Shown here: positions 25,541-38,839 of the stretch, piece after piece
Numbering within the stretch: position 1 is the first letter of the stretch
How the letters are laid out: every line of letters begins with the position of its first letter
Assembly: GCA_907165135.1 (NCBI GenBank)
Contig: OU015566.1
Span: 12,586,001 to 12,650,000, forward strand
Direction of reading: 5' to 3'
DNA from: Oikopleura dioica
Lineage: Eukaryota; Animalia; Chordata
DNA length: 64,000 nucleotides
Notes under the pieces: model-generated
The model's database searches: none
What the model saw: the letters and a program-made list of their open reading frames with translations, nothing else
Told to the model about the DNA's origin: nothing
Program-made: the position numbers and the translations under genes

Positions 25541-28500
25541 CGACTAAAGCGAGTTAGAACTGCTGATGTTTGTCATTTTTCTTCAATTTTAATCTTATTT
25601 TTAAGGATATACCGGCCGATTAATAGGCCCGAGACGCAAAACTGGACACGTTAGCGCTCGGGGGTTAAACCCGTCTTGTTCCATCAAAACCGGTCAAGGC
25701 AGGTGTCCAGGAACCCGATGAAAGAAACCGAGCGTTAAGGAGCGTGTGGTAGGTATTTTAAGGGATGAGTCGTTGAATTACGTTCTATCGCTTTTTGCGA
25801 TAAAGCGCACGCGCACCTCATCCGACAGCTCTATAAGTGCTGATTATCCCAAAAAAAAAGCTCAAATATTTTTTCGCTCCGCAATCGAAATTTAACGCCT
25901 TATCGATTTAGCTCTCTGGGAGCCTCCAAGTTGAATGTTATCATAACATGGATATACTTACACAATGATCGACCACCAGCGCTATAATCAAATAATTGAA
26001 ACAATAAGATGACCCACAAGCGCATGACTTTATCATTCTAAGTCTCTTTCAGGAGATAACTTTTTAATCCTCTTGGCTTACCAGAGAACATGACCTACAT
26101 TTGTCTACCTGTGTAAGGCTCTTACACAGGGTACCCATTATAAGATCATGGTGAAATAGATGAAGAAGAGGTTTATGAAAATGAAAAATTGAGTCATAGT
26201 TTTGGTGAGGTTCAAAAATAAGGATATATGATCCGTTAAATTCATAATGATCTGAGAGAGCTAAAATTGGTGGTGCGAAATTCGTAAATCGAACGTGGGC
26301 ACCTCTTTCTTGTCAATTTCAAAAATCAATTTCTTAAAAGCTTTTCAGTTACGGGGATAAGTCAATTTTTGACAGCTGCCTCAATTTTTGAAAATATTAT
26401 AAAAGGGTTGTGATACTCTTTGGGTAAGCGAATTACCGGGTTTGAAAGTATCTGTCAAATAGTAAGGGGGCAGAGTTGATTTTTGGCATTTTCTCATGTT
26501 GAAAATCTCTTCGCCTAAACATTTGTCGAAATTACATTGTTTCACGGAAAAAGGGTTGAGAAGCTGATACTCTCGGAAGAAGAGAAATTGAACCGGACGG
26601 ATTTTTAATGAACCAGCGACATTATTATATAAATATGAAAATTAACCTCCGGCGCAAAAACTGGATGAGTACAGGGTCTGCACTACAGACAGCGCTTATT
26701 TTGAAAACCAAAATCATCGATCTCTGTAGATCAGACTAAAACATCTTCCCTGCCAAAAGAATAATTACGCGTAATTGTCTCTTTTGGGGCGGATCCAGAA
26801 TTTTTGAATAAACACGTGACAAGCAATTAACCCTTACTCCCTTTGAAAATGCCAACATCACCTTCTTACATCGATTTAGCGCTAGAATACACGCTTGAAA
26901 AGGTCGAAATGATTACAATTTTATCTCCTTTCCTGTAACTATCTCATTTTCCAATTCTTCCTGCTTCTTCAGAACAAACTCTCTTTCTCGAATAATCCTT
27001 TCTCTGTTTTTTCTTATGAAAAAAATTGGTAAACAAAAGCAATCTGTAATTTTCTATCGGAATTCTAGTTTTTGAGAAGACGTGCGGCGCGGATTTGAAC
27101 GCGCGGCGCTTGACGTGGTGGCGCTAGGACGACGCGCGCCGCCGCGAAGGAATCATGAGATTCTTATTCATAAAAGCTCTTTTGGAATCTACATAATCAA
27201 GTTATGTTCTGAGCTAAGTGAATATTTGAAATGCTAACATGAAACTTGTCCAACATTTGAACCTTTTGGAAACTCAAAAAAGTTGTGTTACAGAAATCCC
27301 TGAAAAGAGATGACGTAAATTGACCTCTCGTGTTTCTTCAAGGGCTCGTTGTTTGCTTTGGTGTTATCTGTTTAGTCTTTTGTAGAAAGAATAGGTTTCT
27401 AGAGCTCCTTACTAAATCCAACTATCAGCTTGATAAGCGTTGATTACGAGTTTTTGTGGAGAGCAATGACGAGTTTTTTATGCTTTTTTTGAACTAAGGG
27501 TTTCAAAAGATTACTTGCTGGAAATTTTTCCGTCTCGACTTTGAGATTCTTTCTAAAAGAAACTCTGAAAGTCCCACTAACGAGTTTAGTTGTTTTAATT
27601 AAATAAGAGTTATTACAGCAAATTAAGCGCGTTTATGCGACTCTGCCGGCTGTTTTTGAAATCTGTCGAGAAGCAAAAATACGCGCCTGACAGGGCGATT
27701 ATTTTGAATTTATCCAAAGGACCAAAAGGAGCCCTTCGTGGGAAAAATACGTAATGGAAGAAATATTGTGTCAGGATTTTGGCAGGTAGTGTATTCGAAC
27801 TCAGCGGGGGACGATGCTGCTGCCTGGAATGGCGCCGGTGTAACTGATAGCGTTTCTGGCGGCTGGTGATAAGCTTCAAATGCATAACTTTAGGAAAGAG
27901 GATAATCTCGGACTTGAACCTTTTCTTGCCAATTATTGGAGCTTTTTTCTAATAGCCAGACAAAATCGTGCGGCGCGGCGGGGGAAACAATGTTATTCCA
28001 GGCCCCTTATCAGCCACGTAGATATTTTGATTGGATATATTATCACAAAGGAGTCTTGTAAGGCTTTGTATCTAAACCAATTTTACGCTCAGCGGGCCTT
28101 ACTCCAATTTAATTTCGCGTGCTTGTTCTTTTTTACATTTTTTGATTTATCAACTTTGTTTTATCATCTGAAAATTGGGCATTGACTTGCCTCTTTAGGC
28201 TGATATTAGATTCAAATTTTGGCTGATAAGTTTAATTTATTCGTTAAATTTTTCAGTGGTAAAGAAGGATGCTTCTAATTTTCCCAATCACCGAATATTA
28301 TTGATTTTTTGCTATACTAGTTTTTTCGCAATAATTATTAATAACGGAAACAGTAAACAATCCGTCAGTGTTAATGCTTCAGCCTTTATGGTTGATGACG
28401 GTGCTGCTGATGAAAATTGTGTTATAACAATTCTTTTGACAATTCTATTTATTCCGAAGAAAATTGCCAGATTTCTAAAAGAGAAAAGTATTTTCTGAAT

Positions 28501-29393
28501 TGGCAATTCAGAATTGCACAAGTTGTTCCCTGCCGGGAAAGAGTATTGTATACAGTATAGGCTTCAGACTATTAATAATACAGCTCCTTCTGAAGCTGCT
28601 CGATCAATCAAATATTCCACCTTGATCTTTTATAAGAGTAATCTTGTTTAGAGTACTCTAAAATATTGAGATTGAGGCTCAGTTTCGCGAATAAACGCAT
28701 CGAGGCGATAAACATTGTAAACATATATTTTTTGATTAATTATGCAATATTTCGAGCAGCAAAACGACACGCACATTGTCGATAAAACAATGATTCAGAT
28801 ATAGATAACACTCCAGAGGAGACCTCAAAGAGAACGCTCACTGCAAATTCAGATGAGTACAGAAAGAACTGGGAAAAAGAGACGCTGAAATCAAGGAAGA
28901 AAATAATCAAAAATCGGATTTTTCGATGATCAAAGATGGTTGAAGATATGGAAAGGAAAGGAGTTTAGAACATTTTTCTAGCGACAAGAATGGTTCAAGA
29001 TTGTTTTATCAAAATTACAGTAAGGGTAAGGATCTTACTGTTAGGCTTTTGTAGGGGTCCTATCTTAGGGGTAAGGGGCTAACCCTAACCCTACCTTTGG
29101 GGAACTCAGATTAGTAAACAATATGAAGAAAAAGCTCATAATTATGTGATATATTCATAGAGGAAAGAACCTCTTTATCAAGTAAAACTCCTGAAAAGTT
29201 TATGTCAAGAACTCATTTCGACGCAAAAATGCACATTTTACCAAATGTGCACCATCAGAAGCGAAGACGGAAAGCTAGATTTTTATGGCCAAACAAAGGT
29301 AGTAGTACCAACTCGATCTGATTTCATTTTCCGCCTGTACAACTCATTAGACAGGAGTTAATAAAGGTCTCATACTTTCATTAGCTTCGCGAC

Positions 29394-31142
29394 ATGTTTG
29401 TGACAATATATTTGTCGGTCCTTTTCATTATCGGTTTATTGGGAAACAGTCTCGTTTTCTTCGGAATGGTCCTCAATCATTCGCAGATGGTGACTGCTAG
29501 CCATGTTTACGCGATTCACATGGCCTTTGCCGATTTACTTCTTATACTTGTTCTTCCGCTCAAGATTTCCCAGTACTTGAATCATGAAGGAAGGGGATCA
29601 TGAATTCAGAAAACGGCAAGGAAGCAGTTTTGATCCTGAAAACAGAATGGTTATTTGGAGCGACCATGTGTAAAATTGCCAACGCAACAACAAACGTGAA
29701 TTTCATCGTGTCTATTTTCTTTCTGACCCTGATGGCGGTGGACAGGTACATCGCCATCAAAGGAAAATACAATCCGATTGTTTCCAGAAGACGTCCTATC
29801 GTTACGCACTCGATTTCGGGCGCCATCTGGCTCATTGGCATCCTCATATGAAAAAGGCTCTCGATACTTAGACTTTATAAGCAGACAGCGTCAATGTTTT
29901 TATGCAAAAAACGTTCTTCGAAAACCCAAATAAAGCTCTCCACAGATTCTTAATACAGATCTCCATCCAAAGACGCGCATTTGTCGAGAAGACTGGGGTG
30001 CAATTGACCCCTATGTTATTGGAAATTTGACAGAATATGAGCAATCAAACTGGTACTATACTCCTCCTTGATTTCATTTCATTAATGTTCAGTGGTTTGT
30101 CCTCAGAAAAGACTTTTCTCAGCGACAAATACATGACGACTCCAAGTCAATCATTTGATGATATTTTCGGAAATACGACTGAATTCCCAGACTGCTCGGA
30201 TAAATGGTGGGAGAAAGAGCCCGATATTGCCAAAATTTGCGATGATTTTCTGACCTATTGTCCCGAAGAAGTCGAAGAAAACTCTTGCCGGTAAAGGACA
30301 ATCAATCTTCCAGCTTTCTTTAAAATTTTTAGGGGAACAGCAGACGGCATCAACCAATGTATTTGTCCTGTTTCAACCAGATTTAGATACGTAAGAATGA
30401 TCAATTTTAGCAAAAAAGATCGAAAATTCAGTACGTGGTTTTCGTCTTCCTGACCTGTTTCGCTCTCCCCGGCGGTGTCATAACATACTGTTACTATAGC
30501 TTCATCAAGCAAATTACCAAAGTTCACAGGCTCGTTCGTAATTCTGCCGGGATGACGAACCAGCATCAAGAAGAAATTCAAAAGCTTGTGTCTGTCATAG
30601 TTTTTATCATTACCGCCTTCTTTCTTACTTGGGGTCCTGTTCAGATATGAGTTCAAAAATATGGCTTTTTCTTTTGAAAAATTGCAATTTTTGAACTCAT
30701 TCGAAGATTATCAATATTCTTCTTTATACAACAACATTGCAGTCTATTTGCCATGGATCCTGTCGATTTTTGAAACGGGTTTTGCGATTATCCGTCAAAA
30801 TTTTAGATACTTAAATTTTCTTTTCATTCAAAAACCCGAAACAAGATGCAGTTAAAGAAGAACCTGATCTGGATCTCATGTGCCATCAATTCAATAATCT
30901 ACATATTCTCAACAGGTACACAAGTTATTTCATCTGACAGTATTCGAACCGCTTTTCAAGGACACAAGAAGAAGATAAAAGCCTTCTTAGCGAAGAAATT
31001 CCGCAAGAAGGGCAAGAAACCAACAAGCGACTACGAGACAACACCGAATACCCAGCGAATGACAATAATGACAAACTCGGCGGTCGGAGAAGAATCTGTG
31101 CGGCTCCACTCGAGGCCGAGCAGTGGCCGAGATTTTAGATGA
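29394..31142 (+). CDS. Divergent class A GPCR (peptide/chemokine-like) with enlarged Cys-rich second extracellular loop; 5' exon likely upstream
   Basis: TM1 GLLGN, TM2 IHMAFAD, TM3 LMAVDRY, TM5 FALPGGVITYCY, TM6 FFLTWGP, TM7 SCAINSIIY. Confidence 0.85.
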
Positions 31143-31171
31143 TTTTTAAATTTATTGCTTCATTTTTTTGT

Positions 31172-32579
31172 TTACAAAAACGATCGAACAGTAGTGTCAA
31201 TGATATCAATACATTCAGTCAATTGCTCGTCGTTTATAACAAGTGGCGGTGCGAATCGGATAATATGGCCGTGAGTGGGCTTGGCAAGGAGGCCATTGTC
31301 TTTGAGCTTGTAGCAAATTTCGGTAGCATCGTAGCCTTCGTTGATGACAATCGCATTTAGCAGTCCTCGGCCGCGAACGAGGGAGACAATTTCTTGGGGG
31401 AGTTTTGAGAGCTCCTCGCGGAGAACTTCTCCTTTTCGGAAGGCATTTCCAGCCAGGTCTTCGTCGACGAGAACTTCAAGGGAAGCCTTTGCGACTGCGC
31501 AGGCAACTGAAAGAACTAATGAAGTCTCGATCCTAGAAAAGACTCGTACCTGGGTTTCCTCCATAAGTTGAGCCATGCTCGCCAGGACGGATAGAGAGGA
31601 TCGTTTCGTGGCTACCAAGAACGGCTGAGACGGGATACACGCCCCCGCTGAGCGCCTTGCCCAAAATCAGTAAGTCTGGTTTTACATTTTCGTAATCAAC
31701 AGCAAGCATCTTTCCAGTTCTTGCAAGGCCGGTCTGAACCTCATCTGCGATCCAAAGGACGTTGTATTTGTCGCACAAGGCTCTGACTCCCTTACAAAAA
31801 AATTATGTCAGAACAACTCTTTGCTACAAACCCGAAGATAGCCATCATCAGGAACAACAACGCCAGCTTCTCCTTGAATCGGTTCAACCATAAAAGCAGC
31901 AATATTTGGATTTGCTTTGAATCGTTCTTCAAGCGCCGCCAAATCGTTGTATGGAACGATGGAGAATCCCGGCATCTTTGGACCAAAGTTCGTGAAGCAC
32001 GTTGGATCAGTTGAGCTAGAGCAGGCAGCTAGAGTTCGACCCCAGAAGTTCTCGGCGGCGAAGATGATTTCTGCTTGGTCAGCTTCGACTCCCTTTTTTT
32101 CTCGAATGATTTGGATAAATGGCGGGGTTCTCTTACCTTGACTTCATAAGCCCACTTTCTAGCGATTTTACAAGCAGTTTCACCGCCTTCAACACCTGTG
32201 TTCATCGGAAGAATTCGATCATATCCAAAGAACTTCGTGACGAATTCGGAATAAGGTCCCAATTGATCGTTAAAAAACGCACGCGAGGTCAAGTGCAGCG
32301 TCTAAAATCACCCTGAAATCATTACATAATCCGATCAGCTTTTACCTTCATTTGCTGAACGGCAGCATCAATAATCTTTGGATGACAGTGGCCCTGGTTC
32401 ACAGCAGAATAAGCAGAGAGAAAGTCGAAGTATCTTTTGTCCTCCGCGTCCCACATGTAAACCCCTTCAGCTTTTTTAATCGCGCATTTGATAGGGGCAT
32501 AATTTGTGGCTCCAAATGCCGCTTCCTTTTCAAAAAGCTCGGCGGAGGAAAGCTGTCTTTTTAGTGCATTTCGTATCAT
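31172..32579 (-). CDS. OAT: Ornithine aminotransferase (class III PLP-dependent aminotransferase)
   Basis: [76 protein letters not shown] (PLP Lys), [26 protein letters not shown]. Confidence 0.97.
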
Positions 32580-33186
32580 TCTGAAAAAGTTCTCTTTTTT
32601 ATTGACTGTAGTTCTCTATGATTGCAAAAAGTTGAAATCAGATTTGAGATTCTCTCTCGTGCGCGAATCCAAAAGAAAAAAATAAAATCCAAACATGTCT
32701 CAAAGCAAATATGAAGACAAGTGTTTACGGCGAATTTTTATGGGCCGCCGATCAGGCTCACTTTTCATGTCCTTCTGAAAAAGGCTTGGGTTCTTAGACA
32801 GGGCGTGAATTCTCTAAGCAAGGAGGGGATTTTCAGACAGAAATATTTTTCTCAGGCACTCGTGGCCAATCCCTAAAGTTGTGACACTTTTGGAGTGATA
32901 AGAAGCTGCGAAAAAGGTGTTGCGCGTCTCAATTTGGAAGTGGAAGAATATGCCCGAAATAGTCGTACCAAGTTCAACTGGCCTTTGATTTTGAAAATAA
33001 AATATTCAGGATGCTGATTCTAGAACTTCTTCATTTATTTACCACGTCTGTTTCCGTCTGAATAATTTAAAAATTCTCCAGAACCGCCGGAAGTTTCCCG
33101 CATCCAATCAGCTCTCAACTTTCTCCATCGACAAAAAACTCTCGCTCCGAGGCAGATCAAACCGCGCCCGGAGCAAGAAAATAAAA

Positions 33187-34604
33187 ATGGAACATGTTTC
33201 GCGCTCCTTGTTGTACCAATTTTTCAGCCTTGGTTGCGAGATGATTTTTGTAATAGAGCAGAGGCTAAAAGACTCGCAAATTGAAGAAGAAAGAAGGCAG
33301 AAAGTCTTGAGAGAAATCGTCGAGAGATTTTTGTCCGAGGAAGAAATTTACAACTTGGGAAATTTCAAAGAACAATTCACGAAAATCGCGCATTGTACGA
33401 CGATGAAATTGAACCCCGTATCAATGGCGAAGTTGTTTGATCTGATGACGATGGGTAAATATGAATTAACTTTTCCGAAAGCGCTAGAATAAACAAACTT
33501 TTCCTAGCTGTGAAGTATCAAGTCTTCCACTGCCGCAACCCTAAGCAAATGTATCTTTGCTTACTGAATCATTTTGAGGACCTTGAAGGAATTTGGTCAA
33601 ATATAGTCCTCTGCAAACTTAAGTTTATACAGGCCCTGTATTACAGGGTAAAGGAGAGCTTATCCCGTTCGATTTTTGTCCAAATAAAAGAGCTGTTCAA
33701 AAGCATTGAAGACAGAAGAGTGAGAAAGTTTTTCACAACGAAAGTGGCTCCTATTTTCGGCGATCTTTCAGGAAGGGATATTCAGCAGATTGTTACTAAA
33801 GAAGATGTTCCCTAATATCTTTTCTAAAGCTGCAAAATGGACAATACTTCGGCGTAAAATCCTCAACGATTACCAGGTAAAATTTTGACCAGGAGCTGAC
33901 GCTACAAGTCTGCTAAACAATAGATATAATGACTCTTTAAATTTTCCAGGAGCACCAGATCCGAGTTTCATTACTGTTGCGACGCGAGTTACAATTGGAA
34001 GACGCGCGTTTTGTCCTCAAGAGAACAATTCCCGACGGTTTTCAAAAACCAGGAACGACGAAATTTTACGGAGCGATGGAAGAAAGCGATCAAGTAACTT
34101 GGGCGATGGCTGGAGGCCCTCCAGGTTGATAAAACTAACGCTTTAGATCATAAAGTTGATTCAGAGACAGTTTTGGAAGAAGAAAAGGAGCTTCAGTCAG
34201 CGGAAGATTTCGCTGGAAAACGAAATTGGAAGCTTGGCCGAAATTTATACGACGAAGCTAGCCAACAACCACGAGTTCCTGAAGACGCACCGTCTGTTTT
34301 TGAAGCCCAAACTTCGATTTTGTCGAATATGATGTTCGAGGAAAGCAAAAAAGAAACTGCTGCTCAGTCGATGATCCAACTGTCCGTCTTACACGACGAA
34401 GCTGATGGCAAAACAGATCCAGAAGAGAAGCCAGAAAAACAAACAGTTCGTTTCGAAAAAGAAGGTGACTCTTGCCCGACCGTGAATTCCAAGAATGTCA
34501 ATAGCTTCCATGTCCAAAAACTCATCAAAAATCTCCAAAGCGATGCTCAAAATGACAAACAAGCACCTGAAGACGATTTGCTAGCAATGATGGATGCTTT
34601 ATAA
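33187..34604 (+). CDS. OSCP1: OSCP1 (organic solute carrier partner 1 / NOR1) homolog
   Basis: LGCEMIFVIEQRL, IAHCTTMKLNPVSMAKLFDLMTM(A)VKYQV..C...LLNH and C-terminal DDLLAMMDAL match OSCP1 family motifs. Confidence 0.88.
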
Positions 34605-34936
34605 ATTATAATTTTTTATCACCGAAAATCTGCCTTTTATAATCCTTTCTAGTCAAAAATTTTACATGAAAAATATATTTATTGAAATATAATTCGCCAT
34701 GTTTCATCATCAAAATAAAAAAATATGAAATATTATTGTTAATTTTACAGTTTTATACAAATTTATACAGTCTTATATGAACCGTGAATGAATGATTAAA
34801 TGAAAGATGAAATGACATACTATGCGAATTTTTTAATTATGTGCAGTATAAGGATGTATCTACAAGTAAATATTACCGGTAAAGAAAGATTGAAAAAATA
34901 TTAAATGAATAAGAGGCAGTGTAAAATAAACTGACC

Positions 34937-35477
34937 GAGACGAGGCGATTTTCGAACGTCCTTGGCTGTTTTCTTCTTTTTGGACTTCGATGCTCTTGGT
35001 TTCGCTACTGGAGGAGTACGATCTGAGAAAATTTCTTTTTTTGTTACAAGAATACTAAGAAGTACCAGTCTGCTCGTCTTCAATGACTTCTGGTACGTAA
35101 TGCTCGCCATTGTTGATATCAATCTTTCTTTTCTTCGGGAATGATTTTTCAGTTGAATCTCCGCGCAAAAGAAAAAACTCTTTTTCTTTTAATTTCAGTA
35201 TATCTTTGCATCGTGCCAGCTCCTCTCGAATTTTTTGTAGCTCTCTTTCGTACTCGGCGTGAATCGAAGATGCAAGAGCGTTTCGCTGCTCCTCTAGTTT
35301 CTGGATGACCTTTATTGACTCTTGAAGAATATGTGTAATCGGTGGAATTCCCTCAAAGCCACTTTTGATATGAATTTCGGTCATGGAGCCAAGCCTATTG
35401 TAGGCTTCAGTGAGCTTCTCGAGGCGCGTTCTCTCACTTCCGGTATTCTCAGCGGAAGATATTGCGGAAAAGCTCAT
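34937..35477 (-). CDS. Hypothetical coiled-coil protein with a Lys-rich C-terminal exon
   Basis: Open ~140 aa ORF with heptad-like ELQKIREELARCKDILKLKE; GT-AG splice gives TDRTPPVAKPRASKSKKKK. Confidence 0.55.
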
Positions 35478-35836
35478 CTCTCCGTTATTTTTTTTTTGTT
35501 TTGACCGTTTCAAAATCTTTGAAATCACAAAACTCATCGACGAAAAAAGTGCGCAAGCGCTATCAAAGCATCTTCAACGACAAAAACGGAACACCTTCAT
35601 TTTGAATAAGAAACGCATCACCATCCTTGAAAGCTATTTTAAACCTCGAAAAAGGCTTTCTTCGTGCCCAAAAATAGACCACGCATAACACCGGTGAAAA
35701 GTGCAATGACAGCAGTCCCTGGCGTGTATTGCGACTGGCGGTGTATCCTGAGGCTATTCGCGCAGTATGCGTTCCACCAAGCTGATTCTTTCAAATTAGA
35801 AGCGAATCTTTTTGCTAGAAGGATGCTTGTTTAATC

Positions 35837-37983
35837 ATGAGAACCCGGCGATTGATAAAAATTCCCCTCGGTGGATACATTTTATGCGCACTACTCGTCT
35901 TGAACTTTTACCAATTCAATGAGAACCAAAAATTAACAGAAGAAAGATCCGAAAAGCAAGAGAAAAATGAAAAGAAGATTTTGTTCTACACCGCCGTCAG
36001 GGATTTCGGCCTGCCAAGAGCGAGGCATTACAAAATGTTCAGGTAAGAAAACTCATAATTACGCCCTTTTTCATTCCTCTCAGGCGGCAGTTCCGAAATC
36101 TTTATGAAACCAAAGCAAATTCTTCAAACTTCTACTCTGAGATTTTCCTCGATAACTCTGGCTACAGCAGTACATTTATGAATTACGAGGACGAGTTTCC
36201 TGACACACTATACACGAGCAACATTCCAGAATCCTTCGCCATCGACGTCATGAAAAACGCCAACAAAAACTCACTCTTCGTGTTCATGTCCAACCACCAA
36301 TTCGATATCACCGAACCTCTCATCGAAAAACTCAAAGAGCTCAAATTAGAAAACGACGAAATCGCCTGCTTGAATCGAAAGAACGAAGCAATGCTGCCAG
36401 AATCTCTCAACAACACAATCATAAGCCAGTGTCATTGGGACATCTTCGCTATCAACTCCAAAACTGCCGAGAAAATACGAGACGCGTTGATCGTTCAAAA
36501 AGAAGTGAAGAGAAAACAAGAGCCGGAGAGAACGATTTACGAGTATACTCAAAAACTGCTCAAAGCGGATTATCAAGGTCTCATGGTTCAAAATAAAACT
36601 GGTCGATCAAATGGATCTGCTTATTGGACTAGTCATCTGAACTCGTTTACGACCCTTTTGAGTTGTTCGATTTCGACGAAATTCAATTATACGTAAGTGA
36701 ACTTACTCTTTATTCGAATGAATTTCGAACTTTAGGGATCACTCTTATCTATGGGAAGATTTCCTCACATACCCAAACGACAGCGCCCTAAAAGCCCCAT
36801 TTGACTACGATTTGGACGCTCAAATCAACGAATTGCCGCCGCAATACCAACTCAACGACCCCCAAGATCTCATTCGCTACCTCCGACGGCCAAGAACCGC
36901 ATGTTCCAAAGGAACAGTAGTGTCTTTTATAAAGTGCGCCCGCGGGGATTTCTTCGAACGAGAATGGATCCGCGACTATTATCAGAAAATGGCGAAGAAA
37001 GGAAACTTTGACTACAACATTTTCTTTCTTCTCGGAACAGGTGAGAACAGAACTTTGAATATTTTCTTCATTGAATTTTCAGGAGAAACGCTCAACGATG
37101 AAATAGACATGGAAGCGACGAAATATGACGATCTGGTCATCGGTGACTTCGTTGATACATATGAAAATCTTCCTCTGAAGACATTTCTTGGATTCCAGTT
37201 CTTTGCTGGTTTTTGCTACGGAAACAAGGTTTCATCAGCTTGCCATTTCATTTCTCAAGTTTTCTTTTAGAAAATCATCAATTTTCACGACTCCGACGCA
37301 TTCGTCCTCCTCCCCGACATCGTCAAAGACTACAAGACAAATACAGAAATGAACAATCGAGAAAAGAAGCCTTGGGAACCAGATCCGTTTCTCTCCGATG
37401 AATCAATTTACTGCATAAAAGGGCAGAAGATCAATATTAGATTCAAGGATGGCGAAGCTTTTCCGGGCAATATGGTCGCGACTTACACTAGCAAATGGTA
37501 CAACTGGATTGCTGATTGGCCTCCAAAATATTCTATTCCAGAGGTAAGTGCATTTTGAAATCATAGATGATGTTAACTGAGTAGTACTGTAATGGAAACT
37601 GCAATTCGATGGGTCCAGAAGCGGCAATGAAAATCTGGAAAGAAGCCCAGCGCACCAACCGTTACTCAATGCGAATCGAGGACAAGTTCTACCTCGGCAT
37701 TTTACGAGTCAAAGCCGGAATCCCCAATGAAAATATCGTCGCCGTAACAAACATGCTCAAGATCGATCCAAGCATGTTCAACCTCAACGGTCTCCATCGA
37801 TGCATGCACGTGAGCGAAGCGGAAATGTACGAAAATCCCGATGCGAATCTTCTCGAGTTGAAGAAAATGAACAAAACTTCGTTGATGAACATGCTTACTG
37901 ATTGGTACATAAATGGAGATTGGACTCAGACGCGAAAAGGATTCTTATATGGCGGGAAGGATCATCTCCTGGCAAGACAATAG
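35837..37983 (+). CDS. Glycosyltransferase family 31 (beta-1,3-galactosyltransferase-like), type II membrane
   Basis: N-terminal TM; REWIR; IFFLLG; EATKYDDLVIGDFVDTYENLPLKT; HDSD (DxD-equivalent); WPPKY...YCNG; IEDKFYLGI. Confidence 0.88.
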
Positions 37984-38839
37984 AATCGAAAATGATACAT
38001 TTGCATATAGATAGTAACCAGATGTAAATTCTATATTTATTTATTTATGTTGAAATGAGAATAAAAAGAAAGAAAAATAAAAACGAGGGTTTTGATAAAC
38101 GAGTGATTCTGTTTGATAAATGAAGCAATCAAGGAAGAGTCTTAAAGTCAGTTCTTATGAAGGTTTTCATTGATCTCCTCCGCTTATGTCATAAGAATAA
38201 AAATGAAAACCGTTCCTTCAGAATTCGAACATCGGCCAGTGCAAAAGCGCTGCTACAAGTTTGGCATAAAGGCAACCGCTTGGTATTTCCAGCTTCTTCA
38301 GCAAGACAACCGTAGCAAAATTGATGAGAGCAGTTTGAGATGTAAGCTCGTTGTCGGAAAATGACATCTTCAAAAAATATATTTCCTTGATTTTGGTGAG
38401 CCTTACCTGGATCGAATTCTTTGGAGCATATTTTACAAGTGCGGTCATCAATGCATTTTTGAATAGTATTCGCAGCTAGCATCGCTACTTTGAGATCATT
38501 CGTTGTTGATATTGATTTGATGAGGTTCTTGCACTCGGCTAAAGATGCATTTTCAGCCATAAATTAGTATATTTGCCTTACCAAAAGAGGGTTAGTAGCA
38601 GCTTCGCAACAGCTCTTCTCCTCGAATTCATGAAATCTAAGAATTTTGTCGCAGTTTTTCGCAGGACACTTGAATCTTCGCCCTTCAAGCTCGTAAACTG
38701 GCAGCTTTTCAATAAAAGTCTGATCTTCTTCTATCGACCATTCGATTTCTTCATAACTTGGAAGTTTGAAAGCGCAGTTTTCACAGAGCAGGAGAACTGG
38801 GGCATCAATCCGGCAAAATGTGACTTTGTCGAACATATT

